Below, in pieces: positions 52,951 through 64,000 of a stretch of 64,000 nt of DNA; within the stretch, counting starts at the first letter, position 1; each line of letters begins with the position of its first letter. The notes below the pieces were generated by a model, which was not told the DNA's origin, did no database searches, and saw only the letters and a program-made list of their open reading frames with translations. The DNA lies in NCBI GenBank assembly GCA_951406725.2, contig OX597814.1, forward strand, positions 181,288,001 through 181,352,000, written 5' to 3'. The position numbers and the translations under genes are program-made. The DNA is from Octopus vulgaris (lineage: Eukaryota).

Positions 52951-54311
52951 ACATCAATCTCGAAACGTCAGTAAATTGTATGGGTACTGTTCTTCCGTGG
53001 ACTAAAAAGTATAAATTTGTGTGTAAATATATACTGTTTTGAGTTAACTTTTTTGTTATTGCTTGAATGGAGTTTTACATTTCTATATTAGTGTTTAAGC
53101 AAGTAAAATTTAGGAAAAAAAATGTACATTAGCTATAGAATCAAGTCTCTATTATCATTCAACCATAGTTTGCTGGTCTTAAGAGGAATCTGAGGAAAGG
53201 GAAGCAGTTTCCTTTCTCTTTATACTTAGGTTTAGAAGTGTAAATGAGAGATATTGGCACTGCTTATCTAGCTGGAAAAATGTTTTTACATGCTGAGTTT
53301 GACAGGTCTAGAAAATGGCTTCTTTCTATCTTGTTATTTCTTTATCTATCTGCCCTAAGTTCCAATAAATGCTATCTGTGTCACATTTAATTGGGTAAAC
53401 TTATTTTTATGATTTTTTATTGAATTCTCTAAGACGGATTTCTAAACCAAAACGTTTAAGAAAGATAAATGTAAATCACATATTTTTCTGTATGCTTAAT
53501 ACGAATTCCCTTTTGTATTCCTTACCCACCTTTCATGGATAGATATTACCTCTATTGATAGTTCATGTTCATATTTTTTTTTAATTGGTCAGAATAAAAA
53601 AATTATATATTATCAGTTAATCCAATTGAATAAGACTATTTAGATTTTCATAGACGTTATCACTTGTACATTTTACCTTCTTCTGTTTTTCCTTTACACT
53701 TTTTTTTCTCATTATTAACCTGTGATAAGAATTGATAAAATCAAACCACATAGGCAATCAGCAGTAAGATTTTAGTGCTATTAAGTTATAACCAGAAGAG
53801 ATTGAATAGCAGTAGTTAATGGCAACAGAATTGTGATGGTGAACAGAGTACAAAATTCTATCAACTAATATACTAGTTCCTAGAAACTCAACTACTAGTT
53901 GTAAACTTTTAGGTGGGGCGCACATGCTTGCACATAGATTCATAGGAATAGACTTTACAGCATGTTGCTATTTAGCTATTGCCTCTCCTCTAATGCTCTC
54001 TTCCCCTCCCTCTTTTCTCTCTCACTCTCTTCTAAACACAAGTGCTCCTCTGGTGAATAAGTGTATGAATGTATCATACCTCTTCTCCATCTAGCTCACT
54101 GTCTGTTTCTTCAAGTTCCAGAAGTAAAGAAGGAAGGAAAGAAAAAAGTTTATACAGCTTTTTTCAGGCAACTATCCTTTCAACTAGTAGCAGTAGTCCA
54201 AAACACATGACTAATTGGTATTGCTAATAACAGCAGCTGAAGACAGCTTTTTTTTTCTCTCTCTCTCTCTTTCCTTTCTGTGTTATACGAAATTCAAAGA
54301 AACTTTCGGAT

Positions 54312-54356
54312 ATGGTTTACAAAAGTAATAAGAATACACTGGAAAAAAAATTGAAG
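54312..54356 (+). CDS. Candidate alternative first coding exon (MVYKSNKNTLEKKLK)
   Basis: An ATG-initiated 15-codon frame ends AAG|GTATGT (strong donor) in phase 0, like exon 26223-26407. It is preceded by non-repeat CT-rich promoter/5'UTR-like sequence at 53900-54310. Confidence 0.45.
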
Positions 54357-56944
54357 GTATGTTTTGTGTGTATATGTAATTTTATGTGGTTAAAAAATTT
54401 AGTTTACTTCTCAAACATTGCTATGTTTTAGGACTCTTGTTCATGTTGTGTTTATTTGTAGTGGATGAGAAGTATTTCCAGAGATAATTTATTATTATAT
54501 AAATTGTATACGCAATTAATTATTATTGTTATCACAGCTAAACTCTGGGTATGTTTATCTATGAAAGCTAAAATGTGTTGTAGTGTTTGGAAGATGTAAA
54601 TATTTTGATAGTTATTTCACATGTATTTTTATTAGTACCTGCTCCAAGCTAAATGGATCCAGAGTTCAGATTTTTGTAATATTGATTTTTGTCTTTTATC
54701 CATTTGTGGATTATGGCAAGAGAGTGAAATGAAGTACAATTGATATACCGTAAGATCACTTCATTCAACCAGACCTCATACCTACAAATTTGATTTTTTT
54801 GTTTCTGAGATAATTCATTATTATTGGTATTTTCATTTCACCTGACTTATTATGGAATATATATTGTTTATAGCAAGAACTACTAATATTTCTAAATAGT
54901 TTGCTTTATATTGATACAAATGAACTGCTGTCAAAGGGTTTTCTAGGTTTTACAATTAAAATTTACTACAGAAGTGTGTTAAACTTTTTCGCAATTTCTC
55001 ATATTTAACTTTAAAAATGAAGCTTGTGGAATTTTTTAATTGGTAAAGTAACAGCAAAAATAAAACAGCTATTATTTGTTTTATAAGCCATACACAACTT
55101 CCTTGGTATCATGTATTATTTTGATAGTAATTATTTGTTTTAGTTACATACATCTAGAATATACTGCTGATTATTGTAATTCAGTTTTTATTTTCCTTGT
55201 TTTTGTGCGCTGCCAAATATTTTATTTCAACATTGAGAATGTTGTCTTATCAGTGGTTGCCGGAATTCTTGTTTACAGCTTACAAACATTAACAAATAGC
55301 TAGCATATTTTTTTGTAATCAAAATTGTATTTTCTTAAAGTCATATTGAGTACATACTTTTGTCTGTTCTTCCTGTTTCAAAAGCTTTTTTTCTGTAAAC
55401 ATGTATTCGTATAAAAACTGTGGGTGTCAAATTTTTTTAATATTTCAAATAATTTTATCCAATCTTATTTTAAGGAAGACAAATGGGATTGTTAAAATCT
55501 GGGTATTGATATATAAAATTTCTAATCTTAACAAAAATATATTATTTTGATAAAATTTAAATTGGGATCAGTTCCTCTATTATTATTAATCAAATCTGAA
55601 CTTACAATCTAACAACCTGTTACTGGTTTATACAAACATAAGTTGGAAGAAAATTACACATGATAAATTAACCATGTTTACAATTCTATCTTTCTTGGTT
55701 ATATAAGTTTATTGTAATACCGGGAATGTTATTTTCAAAACCTCTCCTGTCCCTGTTTTTATTTTAGATATTTGTTTGGAGATTTTACACTAAAAACTCT
55801 AATTTTATGTCCCAGTTTTCACTTAGTTTTTGATATTGTGTATTTCCTCAATATGAAAAATAATCGTGTTTAACCCTGCCACTAAAGTTTATTTTTTCTT
55901 TCTGTTATGATAGTATTGAATTTCTGTATATCTTGGCTATCCCATAACATTGAAGTATTGTTACACCTCTCACTGCATTTATTAGTTCAATCCCTATGTT
56001 ATTGCTTCTCTTTCAATCAGACAGGGTACCTTTACATAATAACTTGACTTGTTACAAATAGTAGTCAAACCTCTTTCAAAACACTTCCTAAACAAAGAAC
56101 ACATTGTATAAGATAGTCCTAGATACAATGTTTGAAAAAGGACAGGATGACCATGACTGGCATATCTTTTCTTTTAGATCTCCTGATTCAGGTTTGACCT
56201 TGGGTTAAACAACAATTAGATTTGATGTTACAATTGAAAAAAAATGCATTTACAGTTTTGTCTAAATCTATGATATACACTGTGATCTCCATTATCTTTA
56301 TACTTTGAACTGGTAGCTTATATTAAGATAGGTAATTGCTTTAGTATATTCAAAAGTATGGCTGAATAGAGAAGAATGGAGAATAATAAAGAGACCTTTG
56401 CTCAAAAATTTATTTCCTACTGTTTATTGTCACAGAAATATAATTGTTGTGCTTGTGGTGCTCCAGATCAGCCTTCAGTGACCAGGTTGATAATCAAAGG
56501 TGTTCTAGCCATAATCACTCTATCTTTTATATATAGCTTAAACTGCATTATTTAATGTGCCTCTTTTTATGATGATGTGTGTTTTGAGGGTAACTTTGCT
56601 GCTACTTCTAGCAGTTTGATCAACTACCTAGAGACTCACTTGTTGGCTTGCACTGATATACTTGTTCTTGATATTTAGCCCTGGGTCTTACTACTAAGGC
56701 ATTCAAGCTGTGACTATAATTCATCTCAAACTAAAATATGCTATATCCTTTTTATTTTTATGACAGTATGATGTGATTTGAGAGACTTAACTGTTATTTC
56801 TATTGGGTGAAGCAACCTTGTAAAGACTTCTTTGTTGGTTCATCATAATGATATAATATGCTTTAGTGGGCAAAATATATAGACTGGAAAAGGTGTAACA
56901 CTATGAATACTTTTGTTGCTCTTAAAATGTTTTATTAGTGCTTG

Positions 56945-57170
56945 AGTGGCAGAAGTAGTAAAATAAAATAGAGAAAAATCCCCTGCACTATTTATTTACA
57001 TCCCACCTACATTATAAGTTCAAATTTCACCAATGTTGACGTTACCTCTTTTCTTTGTGCGTGTGTGGTGGGGGTTCATTAAAATAAGTACCAGTCAAGT
57101 ATCAGGGGTGATACAGTTGACAATACTTCTCACACAAAACATTTGTGAACTTATATCAATGTAAGAAATA
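56945..57170 (+). mobile_element. Family C SINE, degenerate
   Basis: gagtggcagaa...agttcaaatttcacc...taaaataagtaccagtcaagta. Confidence 0.55.
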
Positions 57171-57865
57171 ACTTTTTAATATATAACTTACATAATATTT
57201 TAAACTTGTTTTCTTCAATAAATAGTATTTTGAAAAATATATTAACCAATTTATTATAAAGATAAAATATTTTTTGCTTTTTTTTCTATATTATTATTTT
57301 TTAATTTTAACATGTCAGATAGATCACAGGACATCTGCATAGGTTACTTTTTGTTTAGATACATTATTTTTATTACTTTGGTAACATAATAATAGAAAAG
57401 AATATCTTTTTGATATTTTTGTATTGCGTATTACATTTGCTCATCTAAAATAAGAAATATTGAATCTCATGGTACTTTTGATGAAAGAGCAAAAGAATGT
57501 ATGAAATGAGAGCAATGCCAATTTCATGAGAGAGAGCTGTCATGGATTTTGGAAGGAAATTCTGTTATACCTGAAAAAATTGGCTCAGATGTACACAATA
57601 GAACAAACTACCTCCTGACATTCATAACATTGTGTAACCTGAATAGGCTAGATATAATATACTTTTCCAAGAAAGATTTTATTTTATTTTTGCTTTTTCA
57701 TTAATGTCTAGAAGAACATGTATGAATATAAATAGAATAATGAATGATATTAAGTATTCATTTTAGAGTTTTGTCTCTTATTTATATAAAACTAAGACAA
57801 TTATTTACATGTGGATTTATAACTTCAATTAACTTGATTACTGTTTAAAATTTATATTTTTATCT

Positions 57866-58254
57866 TTTACGTGTTTCAGTCATTTGCCTGTGGCCATACA
57901 GGGGCTTTAAATTTTAGTTTTAGTTGAACAAATCAGCTCCAGTACTTATATATATTTTTAAGCCTAGTACTTATTCTATCACTCTGTTTTGCCAAACCAC
58001 TTAGTTTTGGGGGGACTTAAATGTACCAGCACTGGTTGTCAAATGGTGGTGGAGGACAAGCACATCACACACACACACACACATACACACACAATGAGCT
58101 TCTGTTGGTTTCTGTCTCAAATCCACTTACAAGGCTTTGGTCAGTCTGAGGTTATAGTAAAAAGCACTTGCTCAAGGTTCCACTCTGTAGGATTGAACCC
58201 AGAACCATCTGGTTGAGAAGCAAGCTTCTTACCATACAGTCATGCTTGAACCTA
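57866..58254 (-). mobile_element. Family B SINE, near full-length and older
   Basis: tgtttcagtcatttgcctgtggcc...agtacttattctat...cttgctcaagg...cttcttaccatacagtcatgc is colinear with 28698-29117. Confidence 0.8.
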
Positions 58255-61044
58255 CATTTAAATTTGGGTGATTAATCAGCAGTGATCATTTCATATGTTG
58301 TTGAAATAAGAAACTTTAGTACTAAACTTTAACTTGTAACTTAATACAGCTATTGCTAAAGTTGTAAGAGTAAAATTGAGTTTTACCCTACAAAAGTTTG
58401 TGTAATCCTGGTTTTATGCTGTGCAGCAATTTTTCTTTTATCTCTATGATTCTGTTAAAGTAAACTTTATTGATCAGGTTAATTAATGAGGAAATTTTGA
58501 AAAAAAATGCATTTTTGTTCATGGCAAAAGAAATTACAGTATTGCATTTTTTGTAGTTTTGTTTTAAAGAGCCATAGGTACAAGTTTCTTCATAACATTT
58601 TAAGTGCCCTTTTCATTTACAGTCTTTTGTGGGGGGGAAAAAAACAACAACAACAGGAAGGGCATTCAGCCATATAAAATCTTCCTGAACAAATTCTGTT
58701 TTACCCCATACAAGCATGGAAAAATAGACATTAAATGAGGATGATAATGACAAGTCAAATTTTGGCTGTTTCAAACATGCTTCATATTGTTTTGAGAGAG
58801 AGAGAGAGAGAGAGAATAAGACAGAGATAAGAAATGTCAACAGCACAATAACAGATAACAGATATAGGAAGATATCAAGTTCAACAATGTAGCTACTTAA
58901 TGAGTTGTGATTGGTTTGCAAAGAAGTTGTTATCAACCTTATTCTTTGCTATAAATGATATTCATAATTACTATTGAGTTTTGTTCTATGGGACAAGTAA
59001 ATTAATTTTTCTATATGATTATCTTATTTTATAATTGTTTTGAAGAAAAAACAAATTAATGATTTCTCACATAAGTTCAATGCCACATATACATTAAAAG
59101 ACTATTTGATCAAATCTGTTCCATCGTTGTGGGTTGTTTTATTGAGGAAAGAAAAGTGGAAGGTAAAGTTTATCCCAGTGGCATTTATACTTTAGAAACG
59201 TAGTACCAAACTGAACATTCTAACATACGAAATATGTGTGTGTCTGTGTGTCCACTCTAGTAACATCCACTTATGTTTCAATTATGAAATTCATTGTTAT
59301 AGTTTGACAGTTTATGAAAGAAATAAGTGTACAAAAGAAACAGCATGATAATAACAGAGAACCAAAGCTTCAGGAACACTAGATGCTCTGTAGCAACTAT
59401 CAATATAGACTGATGGTGATTCACTAGAAATAAAAAAGTTCTGCTATCACGGCAACAGAATTGGCTTTGGAAGTTATCTTACAAGTGGAATAGTTGCTAC
59501 TGTTCAATAAGTATGGAAGTTTTGATAACTATAATTTTACAGACAAAACTTTACTGTATGTAGAGTATTCAGTTTCTAAAGTTCATCAAATATTGATGCT
59601 ATCTAACAAGACTGATTCCTCTCAACCACTTCATATACATGCAACAAAGTCTTTCTACCAATTTCTTTTTTTCTTTTATTATACCTGAAGCCAAAACAAC
59701 CACATCTACTAACCTACCTTTGTAGATACAATGCTGAATATTTAAATAAACAACTATTTGGATAGAATCTAAAATTACAGCTCTCATTGAATAGGTATAG
59801 AACAGTCAGTTCAGGCCTTTACCTATGAAGTAAGAGAGGAATGTACAAGTGTGTATGTTTGTATTTGCATATGTATGTGCAAATAACATTCTGCTGAATG
59901 TTATCTGCGAATTGAATTGCAGCTTGGATGTAGGCTATAAATTTTAATGACTAAAACAACCAATGAAGCAATAAAAGGAAGCAAAAAGATGTTTCTAATT
60001 TCACTGTACTTCAGAGAAGCTTCATTCCCAGTTCAACAAAAGGCTTCTTGAGAATTATTTAATGACAGATTTTTTCATTTGCGTAGCTCTTTATTGAAAC
60101 TCAGTAGCATTTACTTTTGATAAATGCACGCAGAACTTGACCATATCTGAATTAAAAAAGAAAAGTGCCACTGATTTAGTCATATCAATATGTCAAAGAC
60201 CATCATACAGATACTTTCTGGCTCACATTTTTCTTGATATTCTTCTACAATTAGTTTTTGCATGTCATTGACTTCACAAAATATATATCCTCCTACACAA
60301 CAACATTTTTCTTTTCTTTTTTTGTATTTAGTTTTGAGGAAGAGGAGTTGTAAATTAATGGATAAAAATGATAGGCATATAGTCATAATTCATTTAACTT
60401 TTACTTTAAACATATTTTCGTCTTTTGGTTGTACATTTTTTCTAGTTCCTCTTTATCTAATTGAGAGTAACAAAGAGGAATGTTATAAAACTAAAAAAAT
60501 AATAGGGCTGATAAAGCAGTCAATTATTTCATTCATCCAGGACAGATATTTTGATTGCTCTTTTGGAATTTAACACAATCAATTACATTTTTTCAGGAAA
60601 TGACATCATTTAATCTATCCCTCAAATAATAATAATAATAATAACTGGTACTTATTTCATCAATTTCTGAAGAGTAAAAAACTTTCAGGAGTGGGGGAAT
60701 TTGACATAAGAGCAGGAAGAGATGTAACTAAATACTTAAGGCATTTTGCCTGTTGCTCTGCTCGTTCTCATCTTTCACAGCCCTCTTTCATATTCACTAT
60801 AAAGGATTTCTTAAGTACGTACAAGACCAGAAAGAGAGGACAGTCAATTAACCGACTCTGGTTTTAACTGGTACATGTTTATCAATCCTTGGAAGAATGA
60901 AAAGTAGGAAAAAAATAAAGAATGCTCTTGGGGAATAATAACAACACACTGGTGCAAAGCCACAAAATTTGCTGAGGAAGGGTATAGTAAATTAAATTGG
61001 TGCCAAAGCAAGCTTTGTTTTTATTTTATTCAATACTGAAATTG

Positions 61045-61350
61045 AACGTACCACTAGTTGCTTCCAAACTAGCTACTTCCAGTAAAGATTCTTTGCCAAC
61101 ATAACATGGCAGTCCTGGTTTAGGATGAATGTTGTTGTAATTTAGCCCCAGGAAACATCGTCTCCAGCTGGCTGTACGACACGATCTGCGTCCTTATATT
61201 TTCGAACAAGGGAATCTAGCACCCCCACTCAGCTCAAAACAATATCTGTGTATTGCGATTTCCGGGTTATTTACCTTCATCAGCACAGAATAAGTGTTCT
61301 GCTAGAGGATAATTAATATCATACATAGAGGGGACAAAACAGGACAATAC
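61045..61350 (-). mobile_element. Short non-coding repeat carrying a hammerhead motif
   Basis: A GC/CpG-richer ~300-bp block with no ORF that contains the motif below. Boundaries are approximate and repeat status is inferred. Confidence 0.5.
61245..61289 (-). ncRNA. Minimal type-I hammerhead ribozyme motif
   Basis: The - strand reads ucugug CUGAUGA a-ggu-aaaua-acc-cg GAAA ucgcaa UA cacaga: perfect 6-bp stem I, full core, imperfect stem II, very short near-palindromic stem III. Confidence 0.7.
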
Positions 61351-61419
61351 AAACTATTATTTTTATTATGAGTTCGTATGATACTTAGTTTTTAAAAATA
61401 TTGAATGATATATAATTAA

Positions 61420-64000
61420 AATTTGACCTTTACTCTTTGAGAGTGGAAAAACCCGATGGGCTGAAAAGCCCAGCAACTATACCTTTTCCTTTTCCCATAA
61501 GGATTAAGCAGGGTCACATGCACCCACCTTTCTTACCACAGCCTTCCATCTTTTCTCAAACTCACCTCACGACAGCAAACCAGGGCCAGAGATGAAAGAT
61601 CCTGTCATGAGTACTTGCAAACTTGTCTTCTATACACACTCTTTCAACACTGCAACTGAACAGAGAAAACATGCCTCATGTTCCTTTGAGAGTTCGGTTG
61701 GTGACACAATCTTTATTATAGACTCAGCTGATAGCTGTACTCTGCCTAGGTATGACAACACATGTTCAACGTAAATTATCAAGCCTGAAAACTTTCAGCA
61801 CTGTACAATAGCATGCTGGGCAGTTTCATCATCCAGCCCACATCTTGGACATGCCGTTGGCAGACATTCCATGCCTGGATAACTTATTGCAAACAGGTAA
61901 AGCGTTCTTGTAGCACTGCCAGGTCAGGGATTTTTGGTAATTATCCAAATACCCTGACCTGAAAGTTTTTTGGAACAGGTTGGAAAGTTGGTTCTTGCCA
62001 AACCACAGAGCCCTTCCTAGGATGTCATCATTTTTAAACTCTACCAGCCCTTTATACAAAATCAAGGTGGTATTCCCACTGTTGGCCTTGCCTGTCTTGT
62101 GGATTAGCACGAGTGCCTGTCGACACTCCTTTTGCCATTCTGTGAGATTACATCTTTTAATAAAACCGGGTTTGAATCTCTCCAAAGAGGCTGGTCGCGG
62201 AAAGAATTCCTCCGCCAGCAGATTCCACACCTTGTCACCCTCCAGGTAGTGCCAGAGATGTCATAGCTTCAACGCATGTCTGCACATCATTAACCAGGGC
62301 ATCCCTAACCCACCTTTTAACAGTTCCTGGCAGCAGACGAAGCACCTCACAAGTGGCTTTCCTCCTTTCCACAATAAGTGGAAGAGGAGGCACTCCAACT
62401 TGTTTAGCCACAAGTTGGGGCAAGGGACAATGGTTAGGCGGTAGGTGATTACAGATGCAATAAACATCTGTACCTCCTCTACTCTTCCTTTCAGGGACAG
62501 AGCCAGTCTGAACCAAGTTTGGACTACAGCCTCCACCCTGACTGCCACCTCACTCCAATTCTTCTCCGTTTGGTGTGTGTGTGTGGAGGGATCCGGTCCA
62601 AACCAGACTCTAAGCAACTTAACAGGACCATCTGTCCAGTGACCCACGACACTGGATGATATTGACTTGCTCCTCTAGGTGCCAAGGCGCAAGCCGATGG
62701 ACTTGTCCTTGTTAACTTTTGTCCCTGCGACTGCCTTGCATCCTTTGATAGCATCCTCTACACAAGGTAGCTGAGCCTCATAGGAGTTGACAATGGTGAT
62801 GTCATCTGCATAAGCAGAGACTGACTTACTGCATCCAATCTCATTGGGGATGTGCCCCAAATTCTCCAACTTCCACAGTAATGGCTCAAGAGCCAACACA
62901 TACAGAAGCAGGGATGGGACACCCTTGACGAACTGAGCACTTGATTGAAAATGGCTCCGACAGGTAGCCGTTTATCTGAACGGTGGATTTGATGCTGCTA
63001 TTCATTGTGGAGATCCACCTACGGAAGTCCAGACCAAGCCCAGCCGCTTCAGGGACCGCTGCCAGGTACATGTGGTCTACCTTATCAAAAGCTTTACTTT
63101 GGTATAAATGGACCAGTGCCCCACCTTTGCCGGTTAATTTACTCAACCTGTCTATGGTGTAGTGTATAAGCTGAAGATTGTTCTGGATTGACCTACCTGG
63201 AATGGCGCATGTCTGTGCCTTCCCTACAATCTTCTCCTTGACATGCGTCAACCTTTTTGCTAACACCTTGGCCAAAATCTTTAACTCTACATTGAGCAGA
63301 GTTATGGGCTTGTAATTACTTATAATGTCCCCCTTGCTCAGGTCCTTCTGGACCAGCGTCACCACTCCCCAACTCACAGATCTGGGAATCCTCCTATTCT
63401 GTTGCCAGTTTGTGTAGACACTTGCCAGCAGGTCCCCGAACAAGTCAGGCATGCTACAATAAAACTCAAAGGGTAGACTATCCAGCCCTGGCACACTCAG
63501 CCAGCACCTCTTTGACCTCCACAGGTGTAATCGGGTCCTTCACAGCATTCCGCCGCACATGCCGTGAGTCGCAGCCCACTGGCGAGGAAGCCCTTTTGGG
63601 ACTCGCCACGCTCAAGCATGTCACTCTGCCCAAACAACTGGGTGAAATGCTGGTGAAAGGCCTTTTGCATCTTTTTCTGTTCATAGATCTTGCGCCTCTG
63701 TTCATCAGTTAAAGACTTTATAGAGGCTTTTTTGCCCCTCTGACACTCCACATAATGGGCCCATCTGGCAACGTTAATATCTTCTCGGCCCACTGCACGT
63801 AGCTTAGCTCTAACTCTGCTGCCTTCGTGTTTGGCTTTGAGGTGATGGTACAAGACCGTTCTCGCTGCCAGCACTCTAGCTACAGAGCCAGATTCCATAG
63901 CCTCGTCTAAATTCTTAACTAGTTCCCTTTCTATTCTAAATCTATCTAAATTTAGCTGATTGCTAAATCTAAAAGACTCTAAATGAATGGCTTTCTTGAG
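61420..64000 (-). mobile_element. L1/Tx1-clade LINE, ORF2 RT region and 3' end; frameshifted; continues past the window end
   Basis: PGLDSLPFEFY, YKPITLLNVELKILAKVLAKRL, KAFDKVDH, VRQGCP, SAYADDIT, LSLKGRV, KGGLG and a C-terminal region across ORFs 61829-63898. Confidence 0.92.

Noticed and set aside
59340-60390. Coding-looking - strand fragments (e.g. GYIFCEVNDMQKLIVEEYQEK)
   Set aside because: Stops in all frames examined and no recognisable motif; may be an old pseudogene or TE, which BLASTx would settle.

Overview
AT-rich eukaryotic (metazoan) genomic DNA. The repeat content (tRNA-headed SINEs, (GAT)n-tailed SINE-like elements, (TA)n/(CA)n microsatellites) resembles an Octopus/coleoid cephalopod genome; this is recognition, not a database result. 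The window looks mostly intronic. It has one well-supported + strand coding exon (26223-26407) and a few weaker exon candidates, including a possible 18-nt microexon and a possible alternative first exon. Most ORF-track ORFs are spurious or transposon debris. Mobile elements: a Gypsy gag/RT remnant (3.8-5.2 kb); an internally deleted Gypsy element with both LTRs, PBS, PPT and a 4-bp TSD (37056-40060) that carries a TTAA piggyBac-like MITE; a decayed hAT/Buster transposon with both ends (43167-46177); a Helitron 3' half with its hairpin+CTAG end (50002-51660); an L1/Tx1-type LINE (61420 to the end); CR1-like fragments; and many SINEs. Best non-obvious signals: (1) two minimal type-I hammerhead ribozyme motifs in small non-coding repeats (27388-27445 and 61245-61289, both - strand); (2) a ~105-nt piece of the 28S rRNA peptidyl-transferase centre inserted in the hAT transposase gene; (3) nested inverted SINE pairs around the coding exon; (4) a ~49-bp-arm fold-back and several perfect short palindromes. 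All alignments and counts were made by eye.
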